From the NCBI GenBank assembly GCA_016932785.1, contig JAFGCJ010000007.1, positions 1 through 62,923 of the forward strand: a DNA stretch of 62,923 nt, written 5' to 3'. How positions within the stretch are numbered: the stretch's first letter is position 1; each line of letters starts with the position of its first letter. The notes beneath the pieces are model-generated. The model ran no database searches. It saw only the letters and a program-made list of their open reading frames with translations, and had not been told where the DNA came from. Shown here piece after piece: positions 57,232-62,923 of this stretch. The position numbers and the translations under genes were made by a program. The stretch is from Candidatus Dojkabacteria bacterium (GTDB lineage: Bacteria > Patescibacteriota > Dojkabacteria > SC72 > JAFGCJ01).

Positions 57232-57672
57232 TTTTCTCTCCTCTCATATTCATAATTGTTTTAATTCCTGGCTACCCGCCCAACCCTCATGCCCGTAAGG
57301 CCTGAGCGGGTAGTAGGAATCAGCAAGAAAGGAGTACCTGTGCTCTTTGACTTTTAATGAACTCGCAAGATGAGGAATCTTTTTTCACTCAAATCCTTGC
57401 GAACAGAAAACCCATATTTAATAGGTTCTCTGCAGGCCGGACTTAAATATAGATAGAACACAGACCCGCAATACTATAGGGTAGTATACAACATTTCGCG
57501 ACTTTTGTCATGACAATAAAATGACGAATTTTGTCCTTTTAACGAACTAATTTAATTAATTTATCATTTAAAATTTCCTTCCAGCGGCCAGTTTTTAACC
57601 ACAATATATCTTATAATATTGTATTTTAGCCGCTTTCCCAGATATCTCTTCACTGCTATAATTGCGAGTATC

Positions 57673-58674
57673 ATGTTTGCCAGAAGACTTGGAATAGACC
57701 TCGGAACTGCAAACTCCGTTGTCTTTACAGAAAAGCAGGGTGTTGTACTTGTCGAGCCTACGGTTGTAGCGCTCAATGCCGATGACTATTCAGTTGTCGC
57801 TGTTGGTGACGAGGCAAAAACAATGATTGGGAAAACACCTGAGAATATTATTGCCAAAAGGCCGTTGCGAAGTGGAGTTATTGCCAGTTACAGAGTTACT
57901 GAAGCTCTTCTTAAGTATTTCATAAATAAGGTCATTGGCTATTCGAGGATAATGAAGCCTGAGGTGATGATAAGTGTTCCTGCTGGAATTACTTCAGTAG
58001 AACAGCGTGCTGTGAGAAAAGCGGCTCTTGCCGCAGGTGCAAGAAAGGTGTGGCTAATCCCTGAACCACTTGCGGCTGCTATTGGGGCTAGGCTTCCAAT
58101 TCACACTTCGGCTGGCAACATGATTGTAAATATGGGTGGTGGTACATCAGAAGTAGCAGTGATTTCGCTTAATGGTATCGTTGTATACAATTCTGCCAGG
58201 GTGGCTGGTGATGCTCTTAACGATTCAATAATTTCCTATATGCGCAAGCATCATGGACTTCTGATTGGAGAGCAGACTGCCGAGGAGATAAAAGTCGAAA
58301 TCGGTAGTGCTCTTCCTGTAGATAAGCCAAAGAAAATGGAAGTTCGTGGTCGTGATAGCTCGACTGGTCTGCCGCGGGCAATTGTTATCGATACTAATGA
58401 GACAGTAGAAGCGATGAAGACAAGTTTAAATCAGATAATACGGTCTGTGAAAGAAGTGCTTGAGAAGACTCCGCCCGAATTGTCCTCCGATGTCATTGAT
58501 CGCGGAATGGTTCTTAGTGGTGGTACTGCTATGTTGAGAAATATTGATGGTCTTCTTACTAAAGCGACCGGTGTTCCTGCTCATATAGCTGAGGATCCTA
58601 TGTTTTGTGTTGTTAGAGGGACCGGTGAGGCCTTGAAACATCTTGATATCCTGCAGAAAAGTTTAAGCAGCTAA
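57673..58674 (+). CDS. mreB: Rod shape-determining protein MreB
   Basis: Actin-fold phosphate-1 motif GIDLGTANS and full-length MreB similarity. The start was moved to the ATG at 57673. Confidence 0.92.
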   Translation: MFARRLGIDLGTANSVVFTEKQGVVLVEPTVVALNADDYSVVAVGDEAKTMIGKTPENIIAKRPLRSGVIASYRVTEALLKYFINKVIGYSRIMKPEVMISVPAGITSVEQRAVRKAALAAGARKVWLIPEPLAAAIGARLPIHTSAGNMIVNMGGGTSEVAVISLNGIVVYNSARVAGDALNDSIISYMRKHHGLLIGEQTAEEIKVEIGSALPVDKPKKMEVRGRDSSTGLPRAIVIDTNETVEAMKTSLNQIIRSVKEVLEKTPPELSSDVIDRGMVLSGGTAMLRNIDGLLTKATGVPAHIAEDPMFCVVRGTGEALKHLDILQKSLSS

Positions 58675-58691
58675 ATTTCTCAATTTTGATT

Positions 58692-59600
58692 ATGGTATCT
58701 GTTATTGTCCCAGCCTACAGAGAAGAGAAGTCTATAGGTAAGGCCTTGAAGATAATTATCGACCAGTTGGGAGAGCTGGGTCAGGACAGTGAGTTGATAC
58801 TTGTTTGTCCGGATACCCAGACTAGGGATGCGGCACGGAGGGTTGTCGAGGAGAAGAATTTTCAAAATTTTGTTTATATTAAGGATAAACCGGGTAAATA
58901 TGGTAGCGGTAAGATCAACGCCCTTAATCTTGCGTTTGAGAGGGCTATGGGGGATATTCTTGTTTGTACAGATGCGGATGTAGTGATCGGTGACAAAGCG
59001 ATACCTGTACTCCTGAAACATTTTAGTGATAAAAAGATTGGCGGGGTGACCGGGAGGCCGGTTTGTGCTAATGATCGAAATAACATTTATGGATACTGGG
59101 GGCATATGTTTATGGATGCTGCCCACAGACGGAGAATGGAGACTCTTGGAAAGGGGCGGATATTTCATCTGAGCGGCTATTTATTGGCGATGAGGAATTT
59201 GAAGTTCCAGATACCGACTGGGGTTCTCGATGATGTTTATATTTCGTATAAACTTGCAGATTTAGGGTATAAGCTTGCGTATGAACCTGATGCGAAGGTG
59301 TTTGTTAGGCAGCCTGGCAACATAAAAGATTGGCTGCGACAGAAAATAAGATCGGTTTCGGGGGAGAAAGACATGTTGGAATATTTCGAAAATAGTGATG
59401 AGTGTTCATCTAGGTCGTTTTCAAATGAATTGAAGTATATCTTTTATCCGTTATCATATGCTTCGACTTTGAAAGAATTTTTTTGGGGGCTTTTGCAATA
59501 TCCCGTAAGATTGTATACTTGGGTGATGTCTTGGTGGTTGACGAGGGTTCGGGGTAAGAAGCCAGGGGAAATATGGAAGAGGGTAGACACAACCAAGTAG
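58692..59600 (+). CDS. Family 2 glycosyltransferase
   Basis: VSVIVPAYREEK and a DAD motif (CTDADVV), which are typical of GT-A/GT2. Confidence 0.85.
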   Translation: MVSVIVPAYREEKSIGKALKIIIDQLGELGQDSELILVCPDTQTRDAARRVVEEKNFQNFVYIKDKPGKYGSGKINALNLAFERAMGDILVCTDADVVIGDKAIPVLLKHFSDKKIGGVTGRPVCANDRNNIYGYWGHMFMDAAHRRRMETLGKGRIFHLSGYLLAMRNLKFQIPTGVLDDVYISYKLADLGYKLAYEPDAKVFVRQPGNIKDWLRQKIRSVSGEKDMLEYFENSDECSSRSFSNELKYIFYPLSYASTLKEFFWGLLQYPVRLYTWVMSWWLTRVRGKKPGEIWKRVDTTK

Positions 59601-59723
59601 GTCTATTTTAAATAGAGGCATATTGGAACCGTCAAGTAAAACACCGTAGTATGGGCGTCGCGCGGCATATTTAGCAGACCAACCACACGACTGATGATGC
59701 GCTAATTTATTAAATAAATAGTA

Positions 59724-60887
59724 ATGTTCGGCAAAAAAAATAAAGAGATGTCCTTAGAAAAAGTATCTGAATTGTTATCAGGGGTAGCAACCCCCTTAAG
59801 TCTGTATCTTGTTCCTACGAATTTGGACTCAGAAAGAAAAAAGTTCTTTGGAAGTTCGAGTTACAATCCGCAGTTTAAATATAGACGACCTAAGGCTGTG
59901 TCTAAAAACAATGGCATTTTTGATAAGTTATCTGGTTTGGAGTCAGTTAAAGGTGTTGATCCAGAAATATCGAAATTCATAGTTGAGGTGGTCAAACATA
60001 AAAAGCAAGCTTCTGGCTTGCTTGATGCGATAGGGGACGATTCAAGATTTGTAGAAATTTCAAAGCAGAGATTTGGTATTCCAACATATCTTCTTTTTAA
60101 GAAGGCGTGCAAAATTCTTAGGAGAAGATATGGTGATTTGAATTTAGCGCCTAGAGATGCCAAACTTCGAGAAAAAAAATTGAAATATGACGATCTGGTT
60201 CCGGTTTTTGAAGAAGTTTTTAAGGCTCTGGGTCTTGAGGAGTGGACTCTTGATAAGTCAAAAGCGATCATCAGATCTGGGTTTAGAACGGCAGTTAAAA
60301 CAAAAAGGATAATGGTTGATCCAAATATTTCGGTGAGTGCTGAAAGGCTAAGGAAGACTATTATTCATGAGGTGGCAACTCATGCTTTGAGAGGAAATAA
60401 TGGGTTTGGTACCGGTTATGAGGTTTTTGGTAAGCCGAATCTTGCGGAATGTCTGGATGATGAGGAAGGGTTAGCCTTGTTTAACGAGGAGAAATTTGGG
60501 GTTTTGCGAAAGACTGACATCAAGAAAAGGGCAGCATATGTCTATGCTTTGCACTTGGGGAAAAGTCATTCTTTCAGGGATGTTTTTGATGCGCTTAGAT
60601 CCTCGTATGCGAGGATGAGTGCTTTTGATGTTGCCTACCGAATAAAAAGAGGAATTTCTGATACTTCGAAGCCTGGTTGCTATTTTAAAGATGTAGTCTA
60701 TTTAAGGGGTTTTCTTAAGGTAAGGGAGAGACTGGCAGGGGATGAGGTTAGCTATGCGAATATGTATGCGGGAAAGATACCCTTAAGTCATTTGTATCTT
60801 GTTGAGGAGGGGGTAATTCCTAAACCGCGGGTTGTTCCTCAGAAAGATATCTTCGAGAAAGTCTTTAAAAAAGCTGGTCTTATTTAG
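59724..60887 (+). CDS. DUF1704-family (QEGLA-motif) putative metallo-carboxypeptidase
   Basis: HEVATH zinc-binding-type motif and EEGLA (a QEGLA variant). Confidence 0.65.
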   Translation: MFGKKNKEMSLEKVSELLSGVATPLSLYLVPTNLDSERKKFFGSSSYNPQFKYRRPKAVSKNNGIFDKLSGLESVKGVDPEISKFIVEVVKHKKQASGLLDAIGDDSRFVEISKQRFGIPTYLLFKKACKILRRRYGDLNLAPRDAKLREKKLKYDDLVPVFEEVFKALGLEEWTLDKSKAIIRSGFRTAVKTKRIMVDPNISVSAERLRKTIIHEVATHALRGNNGFGTGYEVFGKPNLAECLDDEEGLALFNEEKFGVLRKTDIKKRAAYVYALHLGKSHSFRDVFDALRSSYARMSAFDVAYRIKRGISDTSKPGCYFKDVVYLRGFLKVRERLAGDEVSYANMYAGKIPLSHLYLVEEGVIPKPRVVPQKDIFEKVFKKAGLI

Positions 60888-60935
60888 CTTTTTGTGAGTT
60901 TAAAGGCGAAATTATCTGAAATTCGTGACGTTTTT

Positions 60936-62366
60936 TTATCGAAGTGAGATTCTCCATTCTTGTACAAGTGTTGGATCTAGCCCGGTCCTGTAGGCAGCAG
61001 CAATGGTTGAGGCAGACTCTCCATCCATGAGTCCTCCTTGTATATGTTCACTTCCGAGTACTATGTGGAAAATTTCATGGGCAATTGTGGGGTGAGGAAT
61101 ATTTTCGTATGCAGGTCCACCGGTGGGGAAAACACTTAAGCCTTCTACAACAGTATAGGCACCTTTAGGCTGAAAATTGGGATCAACCGGGTTTGGGAAA
61201 TTGCCTGTTGGTGCATTTTGAGTTCTGGCAAACAGTAATATTGTTGCTGTGTCAGTGAATCGATCTTTTAGCCGTCCTTCGGTAAATGCATGTATCTGAG
61301 ATTCAAGTATGTCATTGTCCGGGCTGTATTCTGGGCCATCAGGGTCAATCATTGTCATTACCGGTCCTATCCATTTTGCTCGCTCATATTCTGTATAGTG
61401 AGAAGGTTCTGTCAAAATCGTTTCTACTGATGCAGCTATTGTAAATGTAAGATGATCTGATGAGGGATCAAATGCAGTAATATTTTCGTCGTATTCTTGA
61501 GATAACCAGACCGCGGCTTCGGCAAGCTCTTCGAGGTGCTGGGCAATTTCTTCTGGACTCCAGTCTTCTGTGTTTTGTCCTGGATTCGCGCTTTCCGGAA
61601 ATACTGTTCGTAAAAGGACGTTGCCATGGATTTTCTTTCCCGATTCGTGCATTGCGGTGGGTTTCGGAAGGTCAGGTGTTGGTAGTACAGACTCTGGCGG
61701 AGTAGGGTCTAAAGGTCCGTCGGAAACGACCGCACATCTACCAGTGCAGAAGTCGTTTGCTAATTGCAAGAAGAAATCCCTGTAATAAGGCATTCCTCCA
61801 TAAAGGCTCTGCTGTTCTTGGGGTTGATGAAGTGTTATCCCTTGAGGTAGTAAGTATCCCAAAGGTAGGTTTGTCAGCATACCTCCATTAGGAAATATTA
61901 CAGCTACCTTGCCGCCCTGGGCTCGTATGTCATTGGCATATATTTCTATTTGTTCTCTTGGAAGGTTTCGTGGAAATGTGAGTAATGATGGAAGTTTTTT
62001 TCCGTCGTCCGGTTCTTTTTCCTCCGGGTTAAGGGATGGTTCGGGAGCTTTTGTCTCTTGTAGCTCAGGAGTCGCTGTGTCGTTTGGAAATCCTGTTGGA
62101 GTAGGGGGTACTGGGGGAACGGAGTTGGGTTCTCTGGATAGGCCTTCTATTAAAGCAGGGCCGAAAAGAGCACCTGCCCCTAAGGCAGCAGCTCCTATTC
62201 CTAATACTCCCAACCTTATAGCTAGAACCTTGTGTCGTGTGCTTGCTTCAGAAGAAACGGCAGCTTGTGCATTTCTTGCGACCTGTTCTCCAGCCGTTAC
62301 AATACGGCTAATCTCTGTTGCAGCCTCTTGTCCTCCTAGTTGTGGTGATGCCTCTCCGGTTGCCAT
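60936..62366 (-). CDS. Membrane-anchored hypothetical protein with a C-terminal HExxH zinc-metallopeptidase motif
   Basis: An N-terminal TM helix, a Pro-rich linker and IAHEIFHIVLGSEH near the C-terminus. Confidence 0.65.
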   Translation of the reverse strand: MATGEASPQLGGQEAATEISRIVTAGEQVARNAQAAVSSEASTRHKVLAIRLGVLGIGAAALGAGALFGPALIEGLSREPNSVPPVPPTPTGFPNDTATPELQETKAPEPSLNPEEKEPDDGKKLPSLLTFPRNLPREQIEIYANDIRAQGGKVAVIFPNGGMLTNLPLGYLLPQGITLHQPQEQQSLYGGMPYYRDFFLQLANDFCTGRCAVVSDGPLDPTPPESVLPTPDLPKPTAMHESGKKIHGNVLLRTVFPESANPGQNTEDWSPEEIAQHLEELAEAAVWLSQEYDENITAFDPSSDHLTFTIAASVETILTEPSHYTEYERAKWIGPVMTMIDPDGPEYSPDNDILESQIHAFTEGRLKDRFTDTATILLFARTQNAPTGNFPNPVDPNFQPKGAYTVVEGLSVFPTGGPAYENIPHPTIAHEIFHIVLGSEHIQGGLMDGESASTIAAAYRTGLDPTLVQEWRISLR

Positions 62367-62370
62367 AAAA

Positions 62371-62676
62371 TTAAGATTTATCTAAATTTGCCAGATTGTC
62401 ATAAAGCTCGGCTCTGAACCTGATAAAGTATTCTTTAAGTCTCGGTTGAAACTGGTCGCCTAGAAGCATATAGAATAGATCTATGACATTATCGGTATAT
62501 CTGGAGTTGTCGAGTTCTGACAGCATGTACTCTACTTGTTGCTCGCTAAGATCCTTTATCATATTTGCCATAAGATATTCTGAAAAGTATCTTTTAAGTT
62601 GCGGAGTTATTTTTTGTATGTTCTCTTCGGGAAGATTATCTAGACCGAGAAAACTTATAAATTCTTTGTCGTTCAA
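62371..62676 (-). CDS. Small helical hypothetical protein
   Basis: 101-aa ORF that ends 5 nt upstream of the next minus-strand gene's start, consistent with an operon. Confidence 0.5.
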   Translation of the reverse strand: MNDKEFISFLGLDNLPEENIQKITPQLKRYFSEYLMANMIKDLSEQQVEYMLSELDNSRYTDNVIDLFYMLLGDQFQPRLKEYFIRFRAELYDNLANLDKS

Positions 62677-62923
62677 GGGTTTTTGGGTTATTTACTTTAC
62701 TTGCATAATTTTACTATGAACAACTCTATGGGTCAATTTTATTTCTAGGAGGGTTCTGAATTTTCTCGGTATCGTCCAGACGTTTTTTAAAATTGACTTT
62801 TGGCTGTCGTCATGTTATTTTTCTATTAGTTAAAGTACTGCCTAATAATAACGAATGAACCTTGTCGAAAGAAGTAGTCCAACGGTAAGACTGCCCGGGG
62901 TTTTATCTTTGAAGCTACTGCCC

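Larger units (their letters stand above)
56701..57351. mobile_element. 651-bp cassette bounded by 17/18-nt terminal inverted repeats (candidate non-autonomous element)
   Basis: GTCAAAGAGCATCAGGTA at 56701-56718 matches the reverse complement of TACCTGTGCTCTTTGAC at 57335-57351, apart from one inserted T. The cassette encloses one ORF and GC-rich hairpins. Confidence 0.45.

Overview
This is a 62.9-kb chromosomal window from a low-GC bacterium with standard stop-codon usage (TGA, TAA and TAG all terminate long ORFs). SD-poor start codons, giant Cys-rich envelope proteins, a split comEC and sparse metabolism suggest a Patescibacteria/CPR-like small-genome lineage. That placement is inference only. 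The backbone, in order: 23S (3' end)-5S rRNA, rpsA, clpC, radA, rho, ilvBH, a secreted beta-propeller-repeat protein, greA, a GAF-like/winged-helix regulator, a LysM-M23 peptidase, two tandem ~1,100-aa Cys-rich membrane-anchored paralogs, a Nudix/MazG/nucleotidyltransferase group, leuS, a cyclophilin, a THUMP methyltransferase, comEA/comEC (split), a third Cys-rich giant protein, argS, an L,D-transpeptidase, an ABC/FtsX transporter, a PEGA protein, mreB, a GT2 glycosyltransferase and two metallopeptidase-like proteins. Nine tRNA genes were hand-folded: Ala x2, Pro, Arg x6. The six Arg genes cover five anticodons. The main observations beyond ordinary annotation are these. (1) A 13-nt palindromic repeat family (AGTCCYWRGGACT) is arranged as ~75-85-nt doublets. 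These bracket an IS200/RAYT-type Y1 transposase gene and almost every tRNA-Ala/Arg gene, which fits a REPIN-RAYT system. (2) Two homologous leader-peptide transcription attenuators precede leuS (leader peptide MVIRKHTKQLSLLLR) and ilvBH (leader peptide MTTMKFELLSVLLIRTD). (3) A T-box leader with a candidate CGC (Arg) specifier lies upstream of a tRNA-Arg gene and an argS that carries an N-terminal B3/B4 domain fusion. (4) The rho upstream region holds its own promoter, two tandem ~55-nt hairpin repeats, a terminator with a competing antiterminator pairing, and then a second promoter. (5) A 651-bp inverted-repeat-bounded cassette carries a small secreted ORF. All coordinates, folds and motif matches were worked out by eye and need computational confirmation.
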